Origin: an uncultured delta proteobacterium
GTDB lineage: Bacteria; Desulfobacterota; Desulfarculia; JACQYL01; CAWGVV01
Direction of reading: 5' to 3'
DNA length: 64,000 nucleotides
Assembly (NCBI GenBank): GCA_963821845.1
Contig: CAWGFI010000013.1
Coordinates: 1,012 to 65,011, forward strand
Shown: one piece after another, positions 46,438-56,132 of the stretch
Numbering within the stretch: position 1 is the first letter of the stretch
Layout: every line of letters starts with the position of its first letter
Position numbers and translations under genes: made by a program
The notes under the pieces: generated by a model
What the model was told of the DNA's origin: nothing
The model's database searches: none
Seen by the model: the letters and a program-made list of their open reading frames with translations, nothing else

Positions 46438-47382
46438 ATGGCGTCGGGACATAAGGAAAGCCCGTTGGCGGTATATGGGGCCTTAACCGCCAATTTGGTC
46501 ATTGCGGCGAGCAAGTTCGTGGCGGCGTACATTACCGGAAGCTCGGCCATGGTTTCCGAAGGCATTCACTCCATGGTGGACAGCGGCAACCAGCTTCTGC
46601 TGCTCCTGGGCCTGAAGAGAAGCCGAAAACCGCCCGACGACCTGCATCCGTTCGGGCATGGCAAGGAACTCTATTTCTGGAGCCTGATCGTGGCCGTGCT
46701 TCTGTTCGGGTTGGGCGGCGGCATGTCGGTGTACGAAGGGATCACGCACCTGCGACACCCTGCTGAAATAACAGACGCCACCTGGAACTACGTCGTGCTG
46801 GGCGTGGCCTTCATAGCCGAAGGCGCATCCTGGATCGTCGCCCTTCGCCAGTTGATGAGCAAGGCGGATGGGCAGGGTTTTCTGCGAATATTGCGGGCGA
46901 GCAAGGACCCCAGCGTGTACACCATCGTGGGCGAGGATTTCGCCGCGCTCGCCGGCTTGATCGTGGCCTTTCTGGGCGTTTTTTTCGGCCACCTGCTGAA
47001 CAACCCCTATTTTGACGGCGCGGCCTCGATTGTCATCGGCGTCATTCTGGCCGTGGTGGCGGTTTTCCTCGCCTATGAAAGCCGGGGGCTCATCGTGGGG
47101 GAGAGCGCGGACCCGCGCATCAGGGAAGGAATCAGGAAAATAGCCGAGGCCGATGACGCGGTGAAACAGGTGCGGCGGACACTCACCATGCATTTCGGCC
47201 CCGACCAGGTCCTGCTCAACATCGACATTGAATTCGCCGCCGAGTTGAAAGCTCAGGAAGTGGCCTATGCCGTGGACCGGCTGGAAGCGAACATCCGCAA
47301 GAAATACCCGATGATCAAAAGCATCTTTATCGAGGCGGAAGCCTTCAAGGAAAAAAAGGGGGAAACTCCGCCCGAAGTCTGA
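46438..47382 (+). CDS. cation diffusion facilitator (CDF) family transporter
   Basis: 'ANLVIAASKFVAAYITGSSAMVSEGIHSMVDSGNQ' TM1-2 pattern and 'PFGHGKELYFWSL'. Confidence 0.85.
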   Translation: MASGHKESPLAVYGALTANLVIAASKFVAAYITGSSAMVSEGIHSMVDSGNQLLLLLGLKRSRKPPDDLHPFGHGKELYFWSLIVAVLLFGLGGGMSVYEGITHLRHPAEITDATWNYVVLGVAFIAEGASWIVALRQLMSKADGQGFLRILRASKDPSVYTIVGEDFAALAGLIVAFLGVFFGHLLNNPYFDGAASIVIGVILAVVAVFLAYESRGLIVGESADPRIREGIRKIAEADDAVKQVRRTLTMHFGPDQVLLNIDIEFAAELKAQEVAYAVDRLEANIRKKYPMIKSIFIEAEAFKEKKGETPPEV

Positions 47383-47422
47383 CCGGAGCGCCCCCCCATC
47401 CGATTCGCGGCCGGTCGCCTCT

Positions 47423-49126
47423 TTAAACGACCTTTTCCTTCTCCTGTTTGCGCCGTTCCTCGTCGCGTATTTCGCGGCGCAGGAGCTTGCCCACCTTGGA
47501 TTTGGGCAGCATGTCCCGGAACTCGATGTAGCTGGGAACTTTATAGGAAGCCAGCCGTTCCCGGCACCAGTGGGTCAGCTCGGACGCGCCCACGCCCTTG
47601 GCGTCTTCCTTGAGCACCACGATGGCCTTGATGCGCTCGCCCACCTTTTTATCGGGCACGCCCACCACGCAGGCGCCGATAACACATCCGTGGTCCTGCA
47701 GAACCGCTTCCACCTCGGACGCCGACACGCGGTAGCCCTTGTGTTTGAGAATGTCGGCGGAGCGTTCCACATAGTAAAGCTGATCGTCGGGGCCCTTGTA
47801 GACGAAGTCTCCGGTGCGGTAGTAGACGTCCCCGTTGAGTTTGACGTATGACGCGGCGGTCTCGTCGGGCTTGTTGAGATACTCCTTGAGCGTGTAGCGG
47901 GAGGTCACCAGCAGTTCGCCCGATTCTCCCTGGGGCATGGGGGTCGAGCGTTTCCGGGTCCACCACCACGCAGCGACGGGAAGCCAGGGGGCGCCGATGC
48001 ACATGGGCTGCGGCCCTCCCTCGTCGATCCGGCTGTAGGTGATGTGGCCCGCTTCGGTGGAGCCGTAAACCTGATAGATGGGGATGCCGAACTTCTCCTT
48101 CCAGCGGTTCAGCACTTCACGCGGCAGCACGTCGCCGCCGCAATAGCAGTAGCGCAGGGAGCTGAGGTCGTACTGTTCCAGCCGGTCGTTTTCCAGCGCC
48201 ATGCGGTAGAGCATGGGCACGCCCAGGAACCAGCGCACCTTGTAGCGGCCGATGGCGTTCAGGATGGCGTCCACCTGGGGCACGGGCATGAGCACGGTCA
48301 TGTTGCCCATATTCAGCCCGATGGCCATGAACAGCCCCAGGGCCATGATGTGGAAGAGCGGATTGACGGCGATATAGACGTCTTTGCCTTCCAGCGCGTG
48401 GTCCTTGAACACGTCGCGCATGATGTCGTTGACGTAGGACGTGTGTCCGGCGTGGTTGCCGGGCACGCCCTTGGGGAAGCCGGTGGTGCCGCCGGTATAG
48501 AGGATGTAGGAGATGTCCTTGACCGGATCGATTGGCGCCGAGGGCGGCTTGGAGGACGACTTGAGCAGGTCCTTGAATTTTTTGGTTTCCGCGCCGCCCT
48601 TGGCCTTGCCGTGGGGATTTTTGTCGAACAGCGCGGCCATGGTCCGCTGGGGCCAGGAAAGCAGGTCCAGCAGGTTGGTTACGATGATCCGTTTCAGAGT
48701 GGTACCGTCGAAGATATTCTGCACATAGCCGTAGTTGGTGTCATGACAGATGATGGTTTCCGCGCCGGCGTCATTGATCATGTATTCGATTTCGCGGGAG
48801 GTGTAGATGGGAGATACCAGCACCGTCACCGCGCCGATTTTCTGGACGGCCAGAAAGGCGATCACGAACTGGATGCAGTTGGACAGGTAAATCACCACCC
48901 GATCGCCCTTGCCGACTCCCATGCCGGTCAATCCGTTGGCGAAGCTGTTCACCATGCGGTTCAGCCGGGAATAGGAAAACTTTCGGCCCAGAAAGACAAC
49001 GGCGGTGTTGTCCGGATATTTTTCGCTGGCTTGATCAAACTTGGTAAAGGTGTATTCCTGATCCACGGAAGATTTTCCCTCCTGGTTTGAGGCGTTCGGC
49101 GCGAAAGCCATGGGCTCGCGCCTCAA
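47423..49126 (-). CDS. AMP-dependent acyl-CoA synthetase (locally aberrant segment at 47939..47991)
   Basis: 'ILYTGGTTGFPKGV', 'YGSTE', 'YRTGDFV' and 'ERSADILKHKGYRVSASEVE'. Confidence 0.85.
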   Translation of the reverse strand: MRREPMAFAPNASNQEGKSSVDQEYTFTKFDQASEKYPDNTAVVFLGRKFSYSRLNRMVNSFANGLTGMGVGKGDRVVIYLSNCIQFVIAFLAVQKIGAVTVLVSPIYTSREIEYMINDAGAETIICHDTNYGYVQNIFDGTTLKRIIVTNLLDLLSWPQRTMAALFDKNPHGKAKGGAETKKFKDLLKSSSKPPSAPIDPVKDISYILYTGGTTGFPKGVPGNHAGHTSYVNDIMRDVFKDHALEGKDVYIAVNPLFHIMALGLFMAIGLNMGNMTVLMPVPQVDAILNAIGRYKVRWFLGVPMLYRMALENDRLEQYDLSSLRYCYCGGDVLPREVLNRWKEKFGIPIYQVYGSTEAGHITYSRIDEGGPQPMCIGAPWLPVAAWWWTRKRSTPMPQGESGELLVTSRYTLKEYLNKPDETAASYVKLNGDVYYRTGDFVYKGPDDQLYYVERSADILKHKGYRVSASEVEAVLQDHGCVIGACVVGVPDKKVGERIKAIVVLKEDAKGVGASELTHWCRERLASYKVPSYIEFRDMLPKSKVGKLLRREIRDEERRKQEKEKVV

Positions 49127-49129
49127 TGG

Positions 49130-49876
49130 TTATCCGCCGAAATAGGCCGCCTTGACGTCGGGGTTGCCCAACAGATCCTCTTTCGCGCCCTCCAGAACCG
49201 CCGCGCCGTTTTCCAGTATGTACCCGAAATTGATGATGGGCATGATGGGGCGCGCGTACTGTTCGGCCACGATAATGGAGGCGTTTCGCTGGTCGCGGAT
49301 TTCGCGGATCGATTTGGCCAGCAGGTACTGGATGGCCGGGCTCAATCCCATCAGCGGCTCGTCCAGCAACAGCAGCCTGGGCTGCGCCATGAGCGCCCTC
49401 CCGATGGCCAGCATCTGTTGCTCTCCGCCGCTCAAAAAGCCGCCCAGCCGCTTTTTCAGGGGTACCAGAGCGGGAAAAATGTGGAAAACGTATTCCAGCG
49501 TTTCGCTGGCCTGTTCGCGCGAAGCGAGATAGCCGCCGATTTTCAGGTTCTCCACCACGTCGCTTTCGGGAAAAATCCTTCTCCGCTCGGGGCAGAGCAC
49601 GATCCCCATCCTGGCCCGTTCCGAAGGCTTGACGTCAATGATTTCCCGTCCCTCGAAATTGATTTTGCCTCGTATGGTGATGCGCTCGCCGCCGGCCATT
49701 TCCTCTTTCTTGCGGATGTCGATCATGATGCCGGACAGCGTGTACATCAGGGTTGATTTCCCCGCGCTGTTGGCGCCGAAGACCCCGACAATCTGATCCT
49801 TCCCGCAGGCCAGACTGATATTGTTGAGGGCCAGCATGTTTTCGTAGAAGATCATGAGCTGTTTGGCCTCAAACAT
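49130..49876 (-). CDS. HAAT-family ABC transporter ATP-binding protein (LivF-like)
   Basis: 'GVFGANSAGKSTL' Walker A, 'LSGGEQQMLAIGRAL' signature and 'LLLDEP' Walker B. Confidence 0.9.
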   Translation of the reverse strand: MFEAKQLMIFYENMLALNNISLACGKDQIVGVFGANSAGKSTLMYTLSGIMIDIRKKEEMAGGERITIRGKINFEGREIIDVKPSERARMGIVLCPERRRIFPESDVVENLKIGGYLASREQASETLEYVFHIFPALVPLKKRLGGFLSGGEQQMLAIGRALMAQPRLLLLDEPLMGLSPAIQYLLAKSIREIRDQRNASIIVAEQYARPIMPIINFGYILENGAAVLEGAKEDLLGNPDVKAAYFGG

Positions 49877-50648
49877 AGCCGAACACCTCCTCGGAACCGA
49901 AATACGCCTCTTTCACCTGTTCGTTCTCCACCACTTCGGAAGGGGATCCCTCCAGCAGCTTCATGCCGAAATTCATGACCAGGACCCGGTTGGACACCCG
50001 AAACAGCTCCCGCAGACGGTGCTCGATCATGATGAGCGTGATGCCTTCCATCTGAAGCCGTTCGATCAGCGGGACCATGCTGGCCATCTCGCTCATGCTG
50101 AGCCCCGAGAAGACCTCGTCGCAGATGACGATTTCCGGCCTCAGCGCCAGGCAGCGAGCCAGCTCCAGCCGCTTCAGGTAGCCCGTGGGAAGGGCGGATG
50201 CCAATTTGTAGGGCACGTATGAATCGCGCTCGAAGCCGATCTCTTCCAGGATGTCCACGCTCACCGTGTCCCGGCTGCCCATCTTGCCGCCACCGCGCCA
50301 CCCGCCGGTTCTGCGAGAACGGGGGGAAAAGAGCGGCACGATGAGGTTCTTGTACGCGGGGAGGCTGTAATAGGGTCGCATGATCTGAAAGGTCCGCGTC
50401 ACCCCCATGTTGGCGATCTTGTGCGGCGCCATGTTGGTGATTTTCCTGCCCTTGAAATGGACCTCGCCCGAATCGGATTTTACGAACCCAGTCAGGCAGT
50501 TGACCAGCGTTGTTTTTCCCGAGCCGTTGGGGCCGATGATCCCGAGCACGTCTCCCTTGTTCAGATCGAAACTCACCAGCGAAAGGGCCTGCACGCCGCC
50601 AAAGGCCTTGCTCAGCTCCTTCGCCCGCAAGATCGGCTCATTACTCAT
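49869..50648 (-). CDS. HAAT-family ABC transporter ATP-binding protein (LivG-like)
   Basis: 'GIIGPNGSGKTTL' and a C-terminal branched-chain-type extension. It overlaps its neighbours by a few nt (operon). Confidence 0.9.
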   Translation of the reverse strand: MSNEPILRAKELSKAFGGVQALSLVSFDLNKGDVLGIIGPNGSGKTTLVNCLTGFVKSDSGEVHFKGRKITNMAPHKIANMGVTRTFQIMRPYYSLPAYKNLIVPLFSPRSRRTGGWRGGGKMGSRDTVSVDILEEIGFERDSYVPYKLASALPTGYLKRLELARCLALRPEIVICDEVFSGLSMSEMASMVPLIERLQMEGITLIMIEHRLRELFRVSNRVLVMNFGMKLLEGSPSEVVENEQVKEAYFGSEEVFGYV

Positions 50649-51661
50649 ATTTCAACCCACCTTTCGAACTGATGGTATTTCCTGGAGCAATAGGTCATGA
50701 TTCCTTCGCTCTTGTAGACGATGAAGGCGGTGAGGATGGCCGCGTAGACCGCGATACGCAGGGTCCCGAAGTCGCGCAGGAGTTCGGAAACCGGCACCAG
50801 GATGAGGCAGCCGATAACCGGCCCCACCAGGGTTCCCCCGCCGCCCACGACCGTGGCCGCGATGGGGATGATGGAAAAGTCCAGGGCGAACTGGGAAATG
50901 CCCGCCCACATGTAGATGTGGGCTAGGCAGGCACCGGCGAAACAGCCCAGCGTGGCCGCGATGTACACGGCGATGGCCTTATAGGTGGTGATGTTGATAC
51001 CCGACGCCTTGACCGCCTGATCGTTGTCCTTCACCCCCCGGAACACCAGGCCGATATCTTCCTGGACCAGACGGCGCAGGAAAAACAGGAAGAACAGCAA
51101 CGCCAGGAGCAGGGTGTATTTTTCAACCCAGGCGCCGGAAAAACCATCGATGCCGATGAGTCCGTCCGTGCCGCCCATAATATCCAGCGCCTCGATTACG
51201 CGCGCCGCCAGCAGGGGATACATGAGGGTGACAATGGCGAAGTAGACTCCTCTGAGCGGCAGACAGGGCAGGAGCAATATCGTGCAGACCGCCGCCCCGA
51301 GTATGGTGGCGAGCGGAATGGAAAGGACCGGCGGCAGTCCCAGTTGCGTGTTGAGCAGGGCCGAACCGTAGCTGCCCACCCCGATGAAAAAGGCCCCTCC
51401 CAACGACACCAGCCCCACGTAATGAGCCAGAAAGTCGAAACTGACCGCCAGCAGCCCGTAGATGCAGATGATCGAGAGCACCCGCTGCCAGTAGGGAAAG
51501 GCGTACAGAATCAAAGGCGCGGCCAGAAGGCCCACGATGAGAACCAGCCGCGGGGTCAACAGGTAAAACATTTCCGGCAATCCGGATACGGCGTAGACAC
51601 TGTCCGCTCGGACCTTGATTCCCCGGTCCACTCGTTCTCTGCGAAGCGTCTGATTATCCAT
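50645..51661 (-). CDS. HAAT-family ABC transporter permease (LivM-like)
   Basis: Polytopic membrane protein. The Met at 51661 is preferred because the upstream gene ends at 51663. Confidence 0.85.
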   Translation of the reverse strand: MDNQTLRRERVDRGIKVRADSVYAVSGLPEMFYLLTPRLVLIVGLLAAPLILYAFPYWQRVLSIICIYGLLAVSFDFLAHYVGLVSLGGAFFIGVGSYGSALLNTQLGLPPVLSIPLATILGAAVCTILLLPCLPLRGVYFAIVTLMYPLLAARVIEALDIMGGTDGLIGIDGFSGAWVEKYTLLLALLFFLFFLRRLVQEDIGLVFRGVKDNDQAVKASGINITTYKAIAVYIAATLGCFAGACLAHIYMWAGISQFALDFSIIPIAATVVGGGGTLVGPVIGCLILVPVSELLRDFGTLRIAVYAAILTAFIVYKSEGIMTYCSRKYHQFERWVEI

Positions 51662-51662
51662 G

Positions 51663-52530
51663 CTATACACGCTCCTCCAGCTCTTTTTGCCGTCCGAACA
51701 GACCGGAAGGCCTGATGATGAGAGTGATAATGATCGCCAGCAGGGCCACCACGACCTGAAACTGCGGCCCCAGGTACACAACCGTCAGAATTTGCGCGAA
51801 TCCGATGATAAAGGCCGCGAGCACCGCGCCGGTCCAGCTTCCCAAACCGCCGACGATACATACCGCCACCGCCAGGATGAGCACGTTATACCCGCTTTCA
51901 ACCACGATGTTGCCCAGCGGCAGCAGCACTATCGCGGCCACGCCGGCGAACGTCGAACCCAGGGCCATGGAAATCACGGCCATGTGGTCGGAATCGATTC
52001 CCAGGGTGAGCGCGGCGCGTTCGTCCTGCGCCATTCCCTTCAGCGCCAAGCCGATCTTGGTGTAATGGATAAATGCCCACAGACCCGCCACCAGCAGGAC
52101 TCCCATGATCACCACGATGATGCGCTGGTAATCGACGGTAACGCCAAAAATATTCACGCTTCCTTCCACGAACGGGGGCAGGATGACGGTCGCGCCCTTG
52201 AGTCCGCCCCAGCGCAGCCCTTCCAGAATGGCCAGCCCGATGGCGTAGGAGGCGATTATTTCCGAAATGGACATGCCTCTGATACGCACCAGAATGAACT
52301 GATACATGGCGCCGCCCACCAGGGCGATAAAGACGAGGGCTATGAGAATCGCCACGATATAGGGCACGCCGAGTTTGTTCAGCGCGAGCCACGCCACATA
52401 CCCGGTGAACAAATACAGCGCCCCGTGAGCGAAGTTGGGTAGCCTGACTGATGCCGTACACCAGGGTGAAGCCGAGAGCGATCAGCGCCAGGGAAGCGCT
52501 GTTAATGATACCGTAGATGATTATATCCAT
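51663..52530 (-). pseudogene. HAAT-family ABC transporter permease (LivH-like) with a frameshift near 52438..52444
   Basis: N-terminus 'MDIIIYGIINSASLALIALGFTLVYGIS' is in one frame. 'PNFAHGALYLFTGYVAWLALNKLG...' continues in another. Confidence 0.8.
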
Positions 52531-52742
52531 GAAAAGGCCTTCTTTCCGATCCTGTAAGCGTCCGAATATAACGAGCCGGAGCGGAAACGCTTTCAAACGC
52601 CGCCGAAGCGGGAAATCCATTCAACAAGAGCGCCTGTCGATACGCCGTCGCGCGGATTCCAGCGACCGGCCGGCGCGGAGCCGCGCGGTCGGCGCGGCTC
52701 CGGTTTTCCGGGTAATCAAACGATCTGACGGGAATCTTCCGG

Positions 52743-54029
52743 TTACTGCTTCATCCAGGGCGGAAGCTCGATTTTTCCGGTGGCTATGGATGGGGGGAAC
52801 ACCACGACGCGCTTGCCCGCCTGCCATTGAAAAATGGTACCGACGGCGCCTTCCTTGGGGTCTATGGAGGGAATGATCTGATGTGTCTTGGGGTCGAATC
52901 TAATGCGGCCGTAAACGCCCATCTATGTCGGTTTTTTCCAAGGCCGCCACAACCTTGTCGGGGTCCAGGGAGTCCGGCCCGTTCGATGGCGTCCTTGAGC
53001 GCGTACACGGCCATGTAGCTGGAACTGGTACCGTAGCCTTCCGGTTCGACGCCGTATTTCTTGTCATAGGCGTTCACGAACTTCATGGTCCAGGGGGTGG
53101 CGTTGCGAGGGCGCGTTGCCCGCGTTCACCACGTTGGCCAGGCAGTATTCGCCCTTGCCCTCGGTCGCCTTCCAGAAACTGGGCTGTTCGGCGGCGGCGA
53201 TAATCGAGCCGAAGGGCAGGGCGGGGACTTTCATGTCGTGCCATTGCTTCAGCAGAATAGAGGTTTCCGGCATGTCCATCCATATCAGGATGACCTGGGC
53301 GTTGTCCTTCTTGGCTTCGATCAGACCCATGGAAAAATCGGTCGTGCCGGTGGGATAAATCCGAGGCTCGCCAAGAACGGTCCAGCCTTTCTTGGCCATG
53401 ATGCTCGCGATCAGCTTGCCGCCCGCGCGGGCGTGCGCGACGTCCTGAACCATGATGAACAGCCTGTTCAGGCTGTAATCCTTGCCGATCTGTTCCAGAC
53501 AGGGAATGATTTCACCGGTCACCATCCATTTGGCTTCGCCGGAAATGCGGAAGAGGTATTTGAACTTGTCGTAATTTTCGCCGATCAGCGCGTGGTATTT
53601 GGGAGTCAGGGCGCCGGTGGTGAGGATGGATATGGTTTTATGTTTGGACAGCAGGGCCATGGCCGCCAGCGCGGCTTCGGATCGTACGGGTCCGCCGATG
53701 AGGAATTTGGCGTGTTTTTCCAGGATGAGCTTTTCAACCGCCAGCAGGGCTTCACTGACCGGAACGCCCGGCTCCAGGTCCCGAGTGTCGATTACCTCCA
53801 CCGAAAAGGGACGTTTTTCGCCCCCCACGTCAACGCCGCCGGCGGCGTTGATCTCCTCCACCGCAAGGTTGACGGCCCGTTCGGCGTCCCATCCGTAGAG
53901 AAACGCGGTGGACAGCGGACAGCCGATTACAATGGGCTCGGCCGCCAAGCACGGGAGAGCGAACAGTGTAATCGCCAGGAAAAAGGCAAAAAAACCGGAC
54001 AGGACAAACGATCTCATTCTCATGGCCAT
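52743..54029 (-). pseudogene. HAAT-family periplasmic substrate-binding protein (LivK-like) with three apparent frameshifts
   Basis: Signal peptide plus 'EPIVIGCPLSTAFLYGWDAERAVNLAVEEINAAGG'. The sensible sequence jumps frame near 53104..53108 ('TPWTMKFVNAYDKKYG'), 52970..52978 ('SLDPDKVVAALEKTD') and 52912..52921 ('VYGRIRFDPKTHQ...IELPPWMKQ*'). Confidence 0.8.
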
Positions 54030-54591
54030 GACTCCTTGCTGCTGAGGGTTGAAGACGTCATACCAAACCGCCGCTTGTCGGCGTTTATACCGAAGCTATG
54101 TTTTTCAAAGATAATGACAGGGTAAAACGGGCCTGACTCTATAAACTCACGATTTTCCGTTGGGATAATCGTCAGAGAGCGATCGTAATGCGGTTGTCGG
54201 GAAATCGCCTAAGGTTGTGCGCATCGCATGGAAAAACGGATAATCCCTCGATTTTAACCGTCGTCCATGCTTTCATTATTTTAATTTTATGCGAATCCTA
54301 TCATATCGCATGAACAATGTAAATAAAATCGAGCATCATGCCTTTATTATAAGAAAAAATACAAATAAATTAAGCAAAAGCGTCCATTTTTATTAGGCAT
54401 CGCTATAAATCAGCTGCTTTTTACAGCGCCTGCCTATGGTGATTTTCAGAGCGTCGCGAAACAGAGCTATCCTGCGCCTGCGCCGAAGAGCGTTTTAATC
54501 GAGACGCGGCGCGGTGATGTTGAATCCCCTTTTATCGCGTACCGCGTTCTGATTTTGCCTTTTCCGTTGTAAAATGATTCGAAAGAGTTAA

Positions 54592-54607
54592 AGCAAGAAT
54601 TGTACCA
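54592..54607 (-). promoter_or_regulatory. sigma-54 (-24/-12) promoter candidate facing the ABC-transporter operon
   Basis: Minus strand reads TGGTACAATTCTTGCT against the consensus TGGCACG-N4-TTGCW. GG and GC have correct spacing. It lies directly downstream of the NtrC-type regulator gene. Confidence 0.6.
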
Positions 54608-54737
54608 GGGATAACTGCATGGAAAATGTTAGTATTATCATATACATACAATTTTGTATCCTGTATACCGTATGTAAATTATTTTCAATTATTTAAAGTT
54701 TTTAAAGTTCTATTTTCAATAATTGAAAGGGGGATGG

Positions 54738-56129
54738 CTAGAGATTGGGCGATTGGCGGGGTCTGGAAGGAATGCCGTATGTTTTCATTTTCTTGCTCAG
54801 GGTAGGCCGTGAAATACCGAGCAGCTCGCAGGCGCGGCCGTAATGCCAATACGCTTTGTTGAGAACGCGGATGATACGTTCCTTCTCGGTTTGCGGTTCC
54901 ACCTCGGGACTTCCCGCCTTGCGCTCCTTTTCGGCCGTCGTGTCGGGCCGGGGCAAAAGAGCGTCGATTGCATCGTCCTGGATGATGTCCCCCTTGGTGC
55001 GCAACGCGGCTTTGGTGAGGATATTTTCCAGTTCACGCACATTTCCCGGCCATGGGTGATCGACCATCTTCCGGATAGCTTCGGCGTCGACCCCTATGAT
55101 CTGGTTATCGAGTTCGGTATTAATCTTCCGTACAAGATGCTCGACGATCAGCGGGATATCGCTTTTTCGGTCCCTCAGGGGGGGAATATGGACCGTCGCC
55201 ACACTCAACCGATAAAAAAGGTCCTCCCGGAATCCGCCCTCCCGGACCATTTCGGCCAGATCCCTGTTTGTGGCGGCGATTACCCTGGCCGTAAGCCGCA
55301 AAGTCTTTTCTCCGCCGACCCGCTGATACTCCCGTTCCTGGAGAACCCTCAATAGTTTTGCCTGGAGTTCCAGCGGCATTTCCGCCACCTCGTCAAGGAA
55401 AATGGTCCCCTTTTCGGCCAGTTCGAACATACCTTTCTTTACGGAAACGGCGCCGGTGAAAGCGCCCTTCTCATGGCCGAAGAGTTCGCTTTCCAGCAGG
55501 TTCTCGACGATCGCCGAGCAGTTGATGGCCATGAACGGCTGGTCTTTATAGGAACTGTGAAAATGTATGGCCCGCGCCACGAGTTCCTTGCCGGTGCCGG
55601 TTTCTCCATCCACCAGGACGGTTACCCGGTTGGCGGAAAGGACTCCGATCGTCTTGAAAATTTCATTCATCTCCCTGGTGTTTCCGATCATTTCGTCTTT
55701 CTGGAAACGTCTTGCCGGGACGGGCGCCGTCCGACCGCGCGCCCGCCGTTTTTTTGAGAGTTCCAGGGCTCGTTCCATGGCTCTTTCCAGCTCATCCACG
55801 TCGATGGGTTTGGGGATGTACTCGAAGGCGCCCGACCTGATGGCTTTGATTGTAGTGCCCATTTCGTGGAACGCGGTCACGATGATGACATAGGGGGGAT
55901 TTTCGCGGGCGCGCAATTCCTTCAGGACCTCGATTCCGTCCTTATCGGGTAGCCGCACATCCAGGATCACGACGTCGGGGGCGAACGACGCGACCTTGGC
56001 CGCGCATTCCCTTCCGTTGACGGCGCATTCCACGGCGTAACCCTTGTCCCTCAGATAGACCTCCAGAAGTTCGAGGGAAGAGGGTTCGTCGTCGACTATC
56101 AGGATCTTCGCTTTTTTGGCGTCGCTCAT
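54738..56129 (-). CDS. sigma-54-dependent response regulator (NtrC family)
   Basis: Receiver domain 'ILIVDDEP...DVVILDVRLPDKDG'. AAA+ 'GETGTGKELVARAIH' and 'GAFTGA' (GAFTGA loop). C-terminal Fis-type HTH. Confidence 0.95.
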   Translation of the reverse strand: MSDAKKAKILIVDDEPSSLELLEVYLRDKGYAVECAVNGRECAAKVASFAPDVVILDVRLPDKDGIEVLKELRARENPPYVIIVTAFHEMGTTIKAIRSGAFEYIPKPIDVDELERAMERALELSKKRRARGRTAPVPARRFQKDEMIGNTREMNEIFKTIGVLSANRVTVLVDGETGTGKELVARAIHFHSSYKDQPFMAINCSAIVENLLESELFGHEKGAFTGAVSVKKGMFELAEKGTIFLDEVAEMPLELQAKLLRVLQEREYQRVGGEKTLRLTARVIAATNRDLAEMVREGGFREDLFYRLSVATVHIPPLRDRKSDIPLIVEHLVRKINTELDNQIIGVDAEAIRKMVDHPWPGNVRELENILTKAALRTKGDIIQDDAIDALLPRPDTTAEKERKAGSPEVEPQTEKERIIRVLNKAYWHYGRACELLGISRPTLSKKMKTYGIPSRPRQSPNL

Positions 56130-56132
56130 GTT

